Positions 32,523 to 42,271 of a stretch of 56,938 nucleotides of DNA are shown here, piece by piece. The translations under genes and the position numbers were made by a program. The notes beneath the pieces are model-generated. The model ran no database searches, was not told where the DNA came from, and was given only the letters and a program-made list of their open reading frames with translations. Position 1 is the first letter of the stretch. The number at the start of each line of letters is the position of its first letter. This stretch comes from a virus (lineage: Duplodnaviria > Caudoviricetes), in the IMG/VR virus record IMGVR_UViG_3300022602_000115, positions 1-56,938 of that record; one strand, given 5' to 3'.

Positions 32523-33661
32523 TAAAATGCTCCGAGGATAATAGTTTCCTCATTAATACGACCATTCGGTTGAGAAGGTTTAGTAGTCAAAGATTTAATT
32601 GCAGCACCCAAAGCACGCTTACCCAAGGATAATCCCTTGAAGAACTCCTCTGGTTTACGAAGAGTAAACTGTTTAGATTCTTTGATATCAAACCCAATGA
32701 TGGTTGTTCCTTTAACAGATAGACTTCCACTTTCTGCTTTATAAACACCTACACGACGGTATTTAGTATTATAGAACCATACCTCTGTTGCTCCGACGCA
32801 GTTGCTTGGTTGAATAGATTTCAGATTCAACTCAGCAAACTCCTTGAGGTACTTCATCTTAGATGCAAGTTTAACAGGATTAACTGGTTTTGTTTTACGT
32901 GGCGCACGATTTGCCTTTGCAGTCTGAACCATTTGATTACAGTCAGAGATAATACCATCAACAAACTCAGCGAAACGCTTTAGTTCACGCTTGGTAAAAT
33001 TCGAGTAACCTTCTACAAGTTGCGCATCATCTCCTTCAAGTGCTTCTCTAAGTTCTTTGGAAGTACCTTGAAAGAGTTCTCCAATGCGTTTAGCAATCGG
33101 TCCTGCAACTTGATTCGCCAGCAAGTAATTTTTTGTTGAGAAGTCTGACTTGCAATCATTGAGAACAAAGTCATCAATCGCACCTTCAATCTCACCAGCA
33201 AGTTCATGCGCCTTATCTTCCATTCGTTGTTGAATTGAAATTACATTGGCTGGTAATGCAGCCTTAGCAGCATCGGCAAGTTTCTTATCTGCTTTGTCTT
33301 GGGATTTTTGACGAACATTCACTTGAGATACTAAAAATTCAATGCGTTCGTTTAGGAAGGTTTGTTCTTTTTCTTGGAGAACAGAACCAAGATCAATGAG
33401 TCTGGCTAGAATTCCAGCATGACGGAAATGATACTCATCAACCTTCAACAAAGATGCTGCGATCTTTTTATCAATCTTAGCGTAGTGACTGATGAACCAC
33501 TTCTTCTTATCTTTGTCATCATGGTTTGAGTTGTAGTAATTTAAAGCAACCAACAAATCTCGTTGATAGTTGTCTTCAGTCAATGCAAACTCAGAACCAC
33601 CCTTGGCAATTCGGTCTGCTTTTTCAATCAATTGTCGTTGCTTCAAATTAGTAGCCATCAT
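32522..33661 (-). CDS. Conserved T4-like hypothetical protein
   Basis: EGYS, VWFYNTKYR, SVKGTTI, TLRKPEE and NGRIN motifs. Confidence 0.75.
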   Translation of the reverse strand: MMATNLKQRQLIEKADRIAKGGSEFALTEDNYQRDLLVALNYYNSNHDDKDKKKWFISHYAKIDKKIAASLLKVDEYHFRHAGILARLIDLGSVLQEKEQTFLNERIEFLVSQVNVRQKSQDKADKKLADAAKAALPANVISIQQRMEDKAHELAGEIEGAIDDFVLNDCKSDFSTKNYLLANQVAGPIAKRIGELFQGTSKELREALEGDDAQLVEGYSNFTKRELKRFAEFVDGIISDCNQMVQTAKANRAPRKTKPVNPVKLASKMKYLKEFAELNLKSIQPSNCVGATEVWFYNTKYRRVGVYKAESGSLSVKGTTIIGFDIKESKQFTLRKPEEFFKGLSLGKRALGAAIKSLTTKPSQPNGRINEETIILGAF

Positions 33662-33681
33662 TTTTCTCCATAATAAACATT

Positions 33682-33710
33682 ATTATACCTTACTTCTAAA
33701 TGAAAGTAAA
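33682..33710 (-). promoter_or_regulatory. Sigma70-type promoter
   Basis: TTTACT-N17-TATAAT. Confidence 0.7.
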
Positions 33711-33722
33711 GCATTATTTTCA

Positions 33723-33905
33723 TCAAAGGTAACCCATTACAATACCAACTGGCGCAACAAAGATCCCAACTACACGGAGAATAATCTCTCCAGTAATCGA
33801 ACCCATACCAGTGTGGTAGAGAATCACAATGTTATTGATCCATCCGTAGACAATTCCACATACAATGGCCAACCAAAAAACAACTGCAAATGTTTTATCA
33901 CTCAT
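33723..33905 (-). CDS. Small two-helix membrane protein
   Basis: GWINNI...LRVVGIFVAPVG hydrophobic motif. Confidence 0.7.
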   Translation of the reverse strand: MSDKTFAVVFWLAIVCGIVYGWINNIVILYHTGMGSITGEIILRVVGIFVAPVGIVMGYL

Positions 33906-34201
33906 AACATAAACTCCACTTTAGTTACGCTGTCCCAGCGGAAAGAACGCCATTCATTTTTTTCTGTGTCGAAAACTCGTACTGCGGATCCAGTAGCTTG
34001 GCTACCTTCTGATTTTGTTTTCGGTAGCTTTTCTGTTGGGATTCTTGACTCAACAAGGGTACATTGCATTGCTCGTTCTGTACCATCGGTTTTCGTGAAA
34101 GTAACGCACATATCTTTGACGTTGTCGTCATGTAGAACTCCTAGTGTCCAGGTTTTAAACTCTTCGAATTCTTTATCAGTTTTGAATACTGTCTGCATCA
34201 T
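33902..34201 (-). CDS. WYL_2/SH3-like beta-barrel protein
   Basis: VTFTKTDGTERAM.CT, VFDTEKNEWRSFR. Confidence 0.8.
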   Translation of the reverse strand: MMQTVFKTDKEFEEFKTWTLGVLHDDNVKDMCVTFTKTDGTERAMQCTLVESRIPTEKLPKTKSEGSQATGSAVRVFDTEKNEWRSFRWDSVTKVEFML

Positions 34202-34415
34202 ATCTCACTTTCTTCATATTTAAAATTAATGGAATAAACAAGTCATCGAACTCTTTTTGATTAAAAAAGAATTCATCAGTTGAAAACACATCACCATCGA
34301 CAAATTTTCTTTCAATTGTAAGGGCAACTAAATCTGTAGTTAGATTTGTTGTTACATTTACCTTTGTAGTAACTGCGCCCTGATTAACTGAATGCTCAAC
34401 TGTATAACGCTTCAT
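34176..34415 (-). CDS. Hypothetical protein
   Basis: Start re-set to MKRYTVEH. Confidence 0.6.
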   Translation of the reverse strand: MKRYTVEHSVNQGAVTTKVNVTTNLTTDLVALTIERKFVDGDVFSTDEFFFNQKEFDDLFIPLILNMKKVRYDADSIQN

Positions 34416-34524
34416 TTGATTTCCTATGCTTAGGTTTACGACTGTACTGAACCTTCGACTCCACAACACGCATACGGTATTTCGGAGTGCGCAAATCCTT
34501 GGCTACAAGGTTTTTTGGTTTCAT
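34396..34524 (-). CDS. 42-aa basic peptide, ArfA-like
   Basis: MKPKNLVAKDLRTPKYRMRVVESKVQYSRKPKHRKSNEALYS; leaderless behind TTGCTT-N17-TATAAT. Confidence 0.6.
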   Translation of the reverse strand: MKPKNLVAKDLRTPKYRMRVVESKVQYSRKPKHRKSNEALYS

Positions 34525-34545
34525 AGGTATATTATACTTCATCTT

Positions 34546-34770
34546 TCATTGCAAAGCAAATTTGCTTAAAACTTCTTTGGCTTCCTTAAATTCATTCATG
34601 TCTTCTTCCATTGATTCTGCAACAACCATTTGTTGTAGAACATCGATCAAACGCTGTGTTCGTCTGTCATGGGTATTATACCATTGCATAAAATCTTCAT
34701 ATGTGTCAAGTTCCCACATCTCATCGAGCAAACGCACTTGACGCTTAGACAAACCAGTAATTTGAATCAT
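34546..34770 (-). CDS. Hypothetical protein
   Basis: ORF track; operon overlap. Confidence 0.7.
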   Translation of the reverse strand: MIQITGLSKRQVRLLDEMWELDTYEDFMQWYNTHDRRTQRLIDVLQQMVVAESMEEDMNEFKEAKEVLSKFALQ

Positions 34771-35051
34771 ACAGTTTCCTTAAAAATTCCAGACCATGTC
34801 ATAAGTTTGTTCAGTTTCTCATTCTTTGCAGCTAACACTGCTGATTCACTGACAATACCATTATCAATCAGAAGATCAATCATACACATTAAATCACCGA
34901 TTTCTTCTTCCAGATGTTCACGATTGGTTTCACCCTTATGAGTGTCTTCCATACCGAAACGAAACACTTTACTGATCGCCTGAGTAACCTCGGCACATTC
35001 TTCCTGCGTAATCAACAGGATTTCGCGATTAACTTCATTGATTTCACGCAT
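34767..35051 (-). CDS. MazG-like nucleotide pyrophosphohydrolase
   Basis: QEECAEV.QAISK..RFG, LEEEIGDL. Confidence 0.8.
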   Translation of the reverse strand: MREINEVNREILLITQEECAEVTQAISKVFRFGMEDTHKGETNREHLEEEIGDLMCMIDLLIDNGIVSESAVLAAKNEKLNKLMTWSGIFKETV

Positions 35052-35223
35052 TTTCAAAAACTTCATTTCTTGCACCTTTCATAATATTTTCCCATCTTTC
35101 TTCAACTACTGTGTTGACCATTTCAACTGGGCAACCGACAGCATTGGCAATCTCATCGATCATGAACCTAGTGTTATCCAGATAATGATTGATTTCAGCA
35201 TTCAGTTCAGACATCTTACTCAT
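35044..35223 (-). CDS. Small hypothetical protein, possible HTH
   Basis: Start re-set to MSKMSEL; DEIANAVGCPVEMV. Confidence 0.65.
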   Translation of the reverse strand: MSKMSELNAEINHYLDNTRFMIDEIANAVGCPVEMVNTVVEERWENIMKGARNEVFENA

Positions 35224-35257
35224 TTGGGAACCTTTCTTTATCAAACTCAACAGGGTT

Positions 35258-35322
35258 ATTATACGCTGATTGTAGTAAATGTCAAGTAAAAATGTGAAAA
35301 ACCCTACCAAAAGTAGGGTTTT
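35258..35322 (-). promoter_or_regulatory. Early promoter with upstream palindrome
   Basis: TTGACA-N16-TATAAT; AAAACCCTAC-N5-GTAGGGTTTT. Confidence 0.7.
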
Positions 35323-35344
35323 GCAAAAAAGTAAACCTTTTCTA

Positions 35345-35560
35345 TTACATAATATGAGAACCGAACACTGGATCAACAAACTTTTCTTGAAACATTCGGT
35401 CCAGTTTTCTTCCCAAAGAAGGATGCAAAACCAGCAACATTTGAAAAACAATCACCAACATCAAAGTTGATAATAGTATGACTGCAGATAAGATAGGTAT
35501 AGTTATGAATGCAAGAACCCATGCCATAATTTGACATAATTTAAGAAGAAACTTGATCAC
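35345..35560 (-). CDS. Small membrane protein
   Basis: Long hydrophobic stretch. Confidence 0.5.
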   Translation of the reverse strand: MIKFLLKLCQIMAWVLAFITIPILSAVILLSTLMLVIVFQMLLVLHPSLGRKLDRMFQEKFVDPVFGSHIM

Positions 35561-35562
35561 AT

Positions 35563-36207
35563 TTATCTTTCTATCAATTCGTTTATAAATTGCAGCAAAA
35601 CTTTATGCTGCGATCCTTGGTGATACTTTCCCTGCATCCAACTGTAACTCTCATACCAGAATTCTTGACTTTCTGGATGACAACCGATTAATCCGATGTT
35701 CTTTTGCATAATTGCCATCGGTAATCCAGATTCAGAATATGTTGCAACTGTTTCATAGTTGCCCTCGCCAACGTAGGTTGGTCCATCATAAAAAAACATA
35801 TGATCTTCTTGACCATTAAATGTTACCATCATATTTTTAGCATGGGGTCTTCTGGTTTTTGATTCTGGTTGTTTTATGTATTGAACAACATCGATACCAT
35901 CAAGAAGATTGAAATAACTTTTACCTGCCCAATATGCACCCATACATATTCCAAGATATTTTCCACCCTTACGAACAAATTTCTTTACACTCTTAGCATT
36001 ATACTTCATCAATTGATCGAAGGAATCGGCATCACCGATTCCTCCTGGAATAATAATCATATCAACATCATCAAAGAAGTTGTATTCAACTTCACTTTTT
36101 GAGAATATTTTTAATTTGTAGTTATCTTGCAGTGTGCTTATAACACCATTACAACTTTGCACTGAACACTTTGGATCATATACAAATAAAGCAACGGTAT
36201 GTTTCAT
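35563..36207 (-). CDS. BPL_N / class I glutamine amidotransferase-like protein
   Basis: IIPGG, GGKYLGICMGAY nucleophile, CHPE. Confidence 0.8.
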   Translation of the reverse strand: MKHTVALFVYDPKCSVQSCNGVISTLQDNYKLKIFSKSEVEYNFFDDVDMIIIPGGIGDADSFDQLMKYNAKSVKKFVRKGGKYLGICMGAYWAGKSYFNLLDGIDVVQYIKQPESKTRRPHAKNMMVTFNGQEDHMFFYDGPTYVGEGNYETVATYSESGLPMAIMQKNIGLIGCHPESQEFWYESYSWMQGKYHQGSQHKVLLQFINELIER

Positions 36208-36459
36208 AATGTATGTCCATTCCAAAGCCAAGTTGCCAAAAGTATTACCCAAAGTATTCTGAGTATATCATCAAGAAATCTTTCTGCGTGATCTAACCAT
36301 GTTTTCTTTTTATTTTCGGTAGTCATGTTGTACTTCTTGTTTCTCAATTGCTGGAACATCAATATACTTGTCCCAAACTACCTGACCACTATTCCAACCG
36401 AAAACTGTTATAAACCCAATAGCCAAATACTCTAATATAAACATAACAAAACCTAATTG

Positions 36460-36693
36460 TTATAATAACTGACTTGCTAAAAATTGTGCAGATTCAACAA
36501 TAAATCTCATTGCTTCTTCATCAGTTGCTAATTCTTGTGCTGCTTGAACTTCGGCAATTTGTCTTAATAAGAATGTATATTCATCATTAGTGTAATTACC
36601 TGCTTCGTATTGCTCGCGGATAACCAATAGTTGATTGGCCAGTGGTGCTGCTGGTCCACCTAATCCTGCAGCTTCTCTTAAATTCTCTAACAT
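36460..36693 (-). CDS. Hypothetical protein
   Basis: ORF track, start re-set. Confidence 0.65.
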   Translation of the reverse strand: MLENLREAAGLGGPAAPLANQLLVIREQYEAGNYTNDEYTFLLRQIAEVQAAQELATDEEAMRFIVESAQFLASQLL

Positions 36694-37028
36694 TATCTTC
36701 CCTTCCATGCATCAGCGACAACGTCAATACGTGTCTTGTTAATTGTTAAGATCGATTCACAAAATAATTTACTATTGGAACTCTTTGCTTTTGCGATGGC
36801 TTCTTCAAGTTCAGATATAGACTGCGCCTGAGGATCGCCTCTTAAAGTAGCATATACGTTTAAATGATGTATTTTGGCTTGAGCATCTTCCCAATTTTTA
36901 TCATCGCATGTCAAACTATCAACTGCAATTTTAGTTTCAACCAAGTCATCGAACAACGCTGGGTCATGGGCACGTGGCATCAAGGAACACCCAGATAATA
37001 GTACTGCAATTAGAATTAATTTTCTCAT
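36693..37028 (-). CDS. Lipoprotein
   Basis: MRKLILIAVLLSGC lipobox. Confidence 0.75.
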   Translation of the reverse strand: MRKLILIAVLLSGCSLMPRAHDPALFDDLVETKIAVDSLTCDDKNWEDAQAKIHHLNVYATLRGDPQAQSISELEEAIAKAKSSNSKLFCESILTINKTRIDVVADAWKGR

Positions 37029-37048
37029 ATATTCACCTTTCGTTCTAT

Positions 37049-37828
37049 TTATCTTCCCACCCAAACCTGTGGTTGAGAATCTCGTTTTCTATGTTCCTCT
37101 GTCTTTGGTGTCCAACCATTACCAAGTTGTGGATATTTTTCTATTCTATCCTGTACAATTAGCATCATAAGAACCCATACTACAAATATCAGAATAAGAA
37201 CTGAGGCTCCTAGAACTGCATCAACAGTAAGTTTTCTCATTCTTTCTTTACGACGAGCTTCTTGTGCTGCTTGTTTTTTCATTTCCTTGGTAATAAGAAC
37301 TTTTTGTTCTTTACCAAGTTTAACCATCATCTCATTGACTTCTGTATACAAGGCACCAAGTTCAGGTGGGCTTTCATATACCATTATCTGACGCAATTCT
37401 TCACCCATTTGTTCTAATTGTTTTCTCATTAGAACACGCTGTAGCGCACGTTTACCTAAAGAAGCGTCGCCATGATACAATTCTGTTTTACTTCTTCGTT
37501 CCTCTTCTTCGAACAGTGCTATGCACTTGTAGTAATTATCATAGTAAATACCGAGATGCTCGCCAAGTTGGGTGTAAACATCAGTATGTTCACCAGAATT
37601 TCCACGTTTGTTTAAATCAACAACACGATTACGTTCTTCAACGTAAGCATTCTTTTGTTCAACAGTTGGTGGTTTATCTTTATAAAGGTCGTTGAACTGC
37701 TTATCAAGGTCTTTGAGGACATCTTTGACGTCCCCAGCAGCACCCTTAATATCTTTGTATAACTTACATCCTGCCTTTACAGCAGAGACGGCACTATTAG
37801 CTAGTGCAAATAGTGTTAACGGATCCAC
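37049..37828 (-). CDS. Coiled-coil membrane protein
   Basis: MDPLTLFA N-terminus, helical body, C-terminal TM helix. Confidence 0.7.
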   Translation of the reverse strand: MDPLTLFALANSAVSAVKAGCKLYKDIKGAAGDVKDVLKDLDKQFNDLYKDKPPTVEQKNAYVEERNRVVDLNKRGNSGEHTDVYTQLGEHLGIYYDNYYKCIALFEEEERRSKTELYHGDASLGKRALQRVLMRKQLEQMGEELRQIMVYESPPELGALYTEVNEMMVKLGKEQKVLITKEMKKQAAQEARRKERMRKLTVDAVLGASVLILIFVVWVLMMLIVQDRIEKYPQLGNGWTPKTEEHRKRDSQPQVWVGR

Positions 37829-37840
37829 ATCGTGGTCCCT

Positions 37841-38425
37841 TTAGAACCAGAGAAATAATCCGTTAAGACTTAATAATAAACCAACACCAGCAACTACAAA
37901 GCTGCCCCAGAACAAATACATACTAACAGCAAGAATACTCGCTGATAGAACCACAATGCTTAACTGATATGCTGTTGATGCGTACCCAATCCATGGGCTG
38001 CGTTTCTTAGCGTCATCTCTATCTGCTTCAAGAGCTTTCGCCTTTTTAAGAAGATCTTTTTTACCTTCGTTTGGTTCGTTTTCATAACGATCGATCTTAG
38101 CGATCATCTCTGCTGCACGTTGCTTATCGCCATTGTGTTGCGCTTCATACAAGTTTTGCTCTGCTAGACTTTGTTTGATTGCCTTTGCTTGATAGAAACT
38201 ATATACGTCGTTTGCTTTGATTGTGTTGTTTAGTACACGTGAACCCAATGTTCCACCGTACCATGCGTTGACAGCTAAAAGAAGTGCGAATACGTTGATA
38301 ACCATACCAGCTTTATCTTTTATTTTCGCCTCACGTTCTGAACGTGATCCCACTGGTGGTTTCGGTGCTTCTGGATCTTTTGGTGTTTTATTGATTAAAT
38401 TTAGAATTGAATCTACGAGTGCCAT
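37841..38425 (-). CDS. DUF4337-like membrane protein
   Basis: TM helix, ANDVYSFYQAKAIKQ, coiled coil, then QLSIVVLSASIL and two TM helices. Confidence 0.7.
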   Translation of the reverse strand: MALVDSILNLINKTPKDPEAPKPPVGSRSEREAKIKDKAGMVINVFALLLAVNAWYGGTLGSRVLNNTIKANDVYSFYQAKAIKQSLAEQNLYEAQHNGDKQRAAEMIAKIDRYENEPNEGKKDLLKKAKALEADRDDAKKRSPWIGYASTAYQLSIVVLSASILAVSMYLFWGSFVVAGVGLLLSLNGLFLWF

Positions 38426-38471
38426 TTTGTTTCCTTTTATAACTACATGACAAAAACTACAATTCAACAGT

Positions 38472-39590
38472 CTATTTATTCTTTTGCAATTCTTCCACTT
38501 CTTTTTCTATGGTTTTTACACCTGTAGTTGTAAAAACATCTTTGGCTTTATTCAAAAAGTTTTTTGCTTTATCTGACATACTTTCAGGACTTCTTCTTTC
38601 AAGTCTATCATATAAACTTGCTTCCCAATCCTTGCTTTCTTCAACTTTAATGTCTAAATCTTCTTCTACAGATTCAGTTACCTCTGGAACATCTTGAGAA
38701 TAAGTCGGATTTATTTCGACGGTCTCATCTGCAGAAATATCATCTCCAACCGAGATACTAATAGTTTTAGTTGGTTCTGGTGTTGGCTCAGGAACAGGTG
38801 GATCTGGTAATTGATAATCGTCTTCAACTGGTAAAACTTTAATTTCTTCTTGTTTTTGTTGCCAGTTTGCAGCAATTAATAATAGAACTGCCAGTGGATC
38901 GAATACAGAAACAATTAAGATAATAACCCAGCGAACTGCTTTCTCTAGTACATCGCTCTCTAGGTTATCACCATAGATTAATGCTGCTATGTACTTGATC
39001 GGTCCAACTTCTGCTTCGACTTTTCTGACTTCGCTCGCGATTGGAGCACGCTCTTCGTTGTACGTGGCGATTTTAGATTGCGAGTCGGAGATTTCTTTAA
39101 GGATTCTTTGACGATCTTTTTGCTGTCCTCGTCTAATGGAAATGGCACGCTCGGCTCCTTTATCGTCACTGGTTCTTCCGATGGTTTGGTCCACTTGTTG
39201 ATCAAGTTGAGTAATTTCTTTACGACTAGCATTGATGTTCTCCTTTTCGGTTTTAATTTTTTCATCAATTAATGCAAGTTTTGCTGCTACGTCACCACTA
39301 GGAATATTTTGATCTAAGTGTGCTTTAGACAGATATCCAAAAATACCCATTGATGTCAACATCATTAAAATCAACAAAGCAATAGTAAAGTATGTTTTCA
39401 TCATAAGTGGAATTTCTTTCCAGTTACGATAAATCCAAGATGCAACTACAAGTTTAGTCGCCTCAAGTAAAGTGCCCATGATAAAAATTGGAACTACTGA
39501 TGCTGCGAATATCGCAATAAGTCCCATCACAGAATAATATGCAGCACAGGCAGATAAACCTAATGCTGCAGCAAATAGTAGATATGTCAT
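38472..39590 (-). CDS. Membrane protein with coiled-coil periplasmic region
   Basis: AAYYSVMGL, LEATKLV, TSMGIFGYLSKAH, EVGPIKYIA, VFDPLAV. Confidence 0.75.
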   Translation of the reverse strand: MTYLLFAAALGLSACAAYYSVMGLIAIFAASVVPIFIMGTLLEATKLVVASWIYRNWKEIPLMMKTYFTIALLILMMLTSMGIFGYLSKAHLDQNIPSGDVAAKLALIDEKIKTEKENINASRKEITQLDQQVDQTIGRTSDDKGAERAISIRRGQQKDRQRILKEISDSQSKIATYNEERAPIASEVRKVEAEVGPIKYIAALIYGDNLESDVLEKAVRWVIILIVSVFDPLAVLLLIAANWQQKQEEIKVLPVEDDYQLPDPPVPEPTPEPTKTISISVGDDISADETVEINPTYSQDVPEVTESVEEDLDIKVEESKDWEASLYDRLERRSPESMSDKAKNFLNKAKDVFTTTGVKTIEKEVEELQKNK

Positions 39591-40012
39591 AATTTATTTT
39601 TAATATGAGAACCATGGACTCGGACAGAAATTTGTCCATTGTAATAGTCGTCTGATTCTAATACTCTCCTTACAAATTGTTCACGAGCCTCAATATATGA
39701 GCACTCAGCTTTAGATTTACAATAAAAAAGAATCTCTCTTGTAAAGTTATCTTTACCAAGAGCCTCTACATCTTTATTTAGTTCTATACTTGAACCATAG
39801 TATTCACGCCAGTCAGAATCGATTTTAGATTTTATCTTCTTTCGTTTCTTAGTTCCATTCTTTAACTTAACAGTCTTGTAAGTTGTCTTTGAAAATTTAG
39901 AAAGTTTCTTACCAATATACATGCGACTGTTGGCTTTGTTCGTAATTAAATAAACAAAGCCAACGCAATCTTCAGGCAGTTCTTCAACGATTTGATTATT
40001 ATATGTCCACAT
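39587..40012 (-). CDS. GIY-YIG nuclease-domain protein
   Basis: GFVYLITN...MYIGKK, YYGSS, FTREIL, YYN; ATAAATA late-like motif at 40020..40026. Confidence 0.8.
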   Translation of the reverse strand: MWTYNNQIVEELPEDCVGFVYLITNKANSRMYIGKKLSKFSKTTYKTVKLKNGTKKRKKIKSKIDSDWREYYGSSIELNKDVEALGKDNFTREILFYCKSKAECSYIEAREQFVRRVLESDDYYNGQISVRVHGSHIKNKL

Positions 40013-40022
40013 AGTGGACTAT

Positions 40023-40172
40023 TTATTCATCCTCGTCTAGATCCTCTTCTTCGTATATGTCTGCCGAACAAACTGGGCAGTAAACAATATCCTCTAGTTG
40101 AGTATCTTCACCTTTGATTATTATTTTTCCTAGAGCACCGCATTCTGTGCACTCAAAATGTTTTGTTGTCAT
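40023..40172 (-). CDS. 49-aa zinc-ribbon protein with acidic tail
   Basis: MTTKHFECTECG...YCPVCSADIYEEEDLDEDE; not in the ORF track. Confidence 0.75.
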   Translation of the reverse strand: MTTKHFECTECGALGKIIIKGEDTQLEDIVYCPVCSADIYEEEDLDEDE

Positions 40173-40762
40173 ATTGGTATCCAGTTATTTGTTCTATCGA
40201 AATGCATGAAAGTATGATTAGCAACAGTATATGGCACTATATCAAATGCCAGGGTTATTCTGGTTGTATCTTCTTTCCATACGCTTACGCAATGTTTGTC
40301 TCCATCACTTCTACTTAATACTAATTGATTATTTTTATTTACAACTGATTCTATTGTTCCATCTGGTAGTTTGTATGTTGTAGTAGATGGTTCTGCGTTA
40401 ACTGCAAAATAACCATGATATGAATTATCTTCTGGAGGATTATGTGTGTGCCAATTTAAATGTTGATCTTTATTATGAAGATTCAACCACATAGTTATGT
40501 AGTACTGTCCATCATGAACACGAACATCATCAAACATTTTTTTAATTTCAAAAAACAATTTATGTAATTCTTTATTTGTGAACATTAAAAAATTGTAGTA
40601 AGCATGCAATTTTGATGTTAAAGAAACATCTGGAAATAAAAGAATATTCCCATCTTCGATCTTTGAACTCCACTTTTTAATGATTGTTGGAGAAACATCA
40701 ATACAATATTTACCTAACTTTTCTAAATCAAGGTTCAATTGTTTTGTATGAGTATAACTCAT
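40169..40762 (-). CDS. Putative 2OG-Fe(II) oxygenase; paralog of 17903..18520
   Basis: MWLN, WHTH, HGYF, GDKH, RITLAFD. Confidence 0.75.
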   Translation of the reverse strand: MSYTHTKQLNLDLEKLGKYCIDVSPTIIKKWSSKIEDGNILLFPDVSLTSKLHAYYNFLMFTNKELHKLFFEIKKMFDDVRVHDGQYYITMWLNLHNKDQHLNWHTHNPPEDNSYHGYFAVNAEPSTTTYKLPDGTIESVVNKNNQLVLSRSDGDKHCVSVWKEDTTRITLAFDIVPYTVANHTFMHFDRTNNWIPI

Positions 40763-41751
40763 GCTGCTTTACCCCATACATCATTCCAGCTACCAGTCAA
40801 TGCACCTTTAGCATAGTCAGTAACACGATTCTCGAAGAAATTGCCATGTACTGGCGCATTGATCATTTCTTCAACCCACGGTAATGGATTCTTTTTAACT
40901 TTGAAAATACCTTTCATTCCAAGACTGATCAATCTACGATCAGCAATGTAACGAATATACTTCTTAACATCTTCTGCCGATAGATCTCTCATATCACCAT
41001 TGGCATAACAAAGGTCAATGAACTTGTCTTCCAACTCAACCATCTTCTCAGCGATTGTATAAATTTTAGATTTTAACTCATCGTTCCAGATTTCGTTGTT
41101 CTCTTTGATAAATTCCTTGAACAAACGAATCATGTTCTCAGAGTGCATTGTTTCATCAACAATACTCCAAGTAACAATCTGACCCATACCCTTCATAATA
41201 CCATGACGAGGGAAATTAAGAAGCATGATAAAAGAACTAAACAACTGCATACCCTCAGTGAATGCAGAGAATACAGCAATGTGAGTAGCAGTGGACTCAA
41301 GAGTACCATTGCGAGAAGATAGATCGGTAACGTAGTCATGTTTATCTTTCATTTCTTGGTATTCTAAAAATTCATTATAAGTTGACTCAGGCATTCCAAG
41401 AGTTTCAATCAGATGTGAATACGCAGCAATATGTAATGCTTCGCGAGCAGCGAAGCCCATAAGCATCATTCTGATTTCAGGTTGTGGGAAATATGGCAGA
41501 TAGTTATTTACATATCCACCAGCTACATCAATGTCTCCCTGCGTGAAGAAACGAAAAATATTTGTTAAAAACTGCTTTTCTTCTGCAGTTAATTTCTTTT
41601 TCCAATCTTTAACATCTTCAGCCATTGGCACTTCAGAGTGAAGCCAGTGGGCTTGTTCATGTTTCAACCATGCTTCATATGCCCATGGATAGTTGAATGG
41701 TTTAAAATATGTTCGTTGATCAGTTAAATTATTTTTTGTTTTTGTTATCAT
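40759..41751 (-). CDS. nrdB: Ribonucleotide reductase class Ia beta subunit
   Basis: FFTQGD, EALHIAAY, EGMQLFSSF, DETMH, NFFE. Confidence 0.96.
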   Translation of the reverse strand: MITKTKNNLTDQRTYFKPFNYPWAYEAWLKHEQAHWLHSEVPMAEDVKDWKKKLTAEEKQFLTNIFRFFTQGDIDVAGGYVNNYLPYFPQPEIRMMLMGFAAREALHIAAYSHLIETLGMPESTYNEFLEYQEMKDKHDYVTDLSSRNGTLESTATHIAVFSAFTEGMQLFSSFIMLLNFPRHGIMKGMGQIVTWSIVDETMHSENMIRLFKEFIKENNEIWNDELKSKIYTIAEKMVELEDKFIDLCYANGDMRDLSAEDVKKYIRYIADRRLISLGMKGIFKVKKNPLPWVEEMINAPVHGNFFENRVTDYAKGALTGSWNDVWGKAA

Positions 41752-42269
41752 TTTATTACCTTAAATTTGTAAGCAATACTAACACGCATGTCTAAACAAT
41801 AAGTTGTTGGTTCAAGTGCAACATGACTCATTTGAGAATTAAACATTACCGCTGAATTTGTTTTTGGAAAAATAGATTTTGTTACATTTGGTCCATCGCA
41901 AAAAACTAGATGACCCCCATGATATGGTAACCAGTTTTTATGTAGATAAAATACTAAACTTCCACCATATTCATTGTCGTCCTCATGAACGAAACCACAT
42001 TGTCCATGAGACTGACCATTTCCATAAAATCGTTCAGTTTTTATTTTAACATTAAGTAAAGATTCTATTTTAGTTTTAAATAAAGATTCTATCTCAGATC
42101 CTTTTAGTTCTTTATACCAAAAAGATCTTATCGGAATTCCTTTATTTCTTAACTCTAATTCACCACCAAGTAAGAACCAATTATATTCTTCAAATTGTTT
42201 TTCTACAATATTAAATTCATTTTCAGTAAGAAAATTTTCAATCTCATATATTTTTCCATATTCTAGCAT
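41748..42269 (-). CDS. 2OG-Fe(II) oxygenase
   Basis: NGQ, HED, GGHL, SHVA, RVSIAYK. Confidence 0.8.
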   Translation of the reverse strand: MLEYGKIYEIENFLTENEFNIVEKQFEEYNWFLLGGELELRNKGIPIRSFWYKELKGSEIESLFKTKIESLLNVKIKTERFYGNGQSHGQCGFVHEDDNEYGGSLVFYLHKNWLPYHGGHLVFCDGPNVTKSIFPKTNSAVMFNSQMSHVALEPTTYCLDMRVSIAYKFKVIK

Positions 42270-42271
42270 AA

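Noticed and set aside
33570-34223. 217-aa plus-strand ORF and other plus-strand ORFs
   Set aside because: Antisense shadows of well-supported minus-strand genes, with no SD or motifs.
39587-40012. Mobile Seg-type homing endonuclease
   Set aside because: Only the short catalytic GIY-YIG-like domain is present, with no DNA-binding extension; it looks like a conserved stand-alone T4-like gene.
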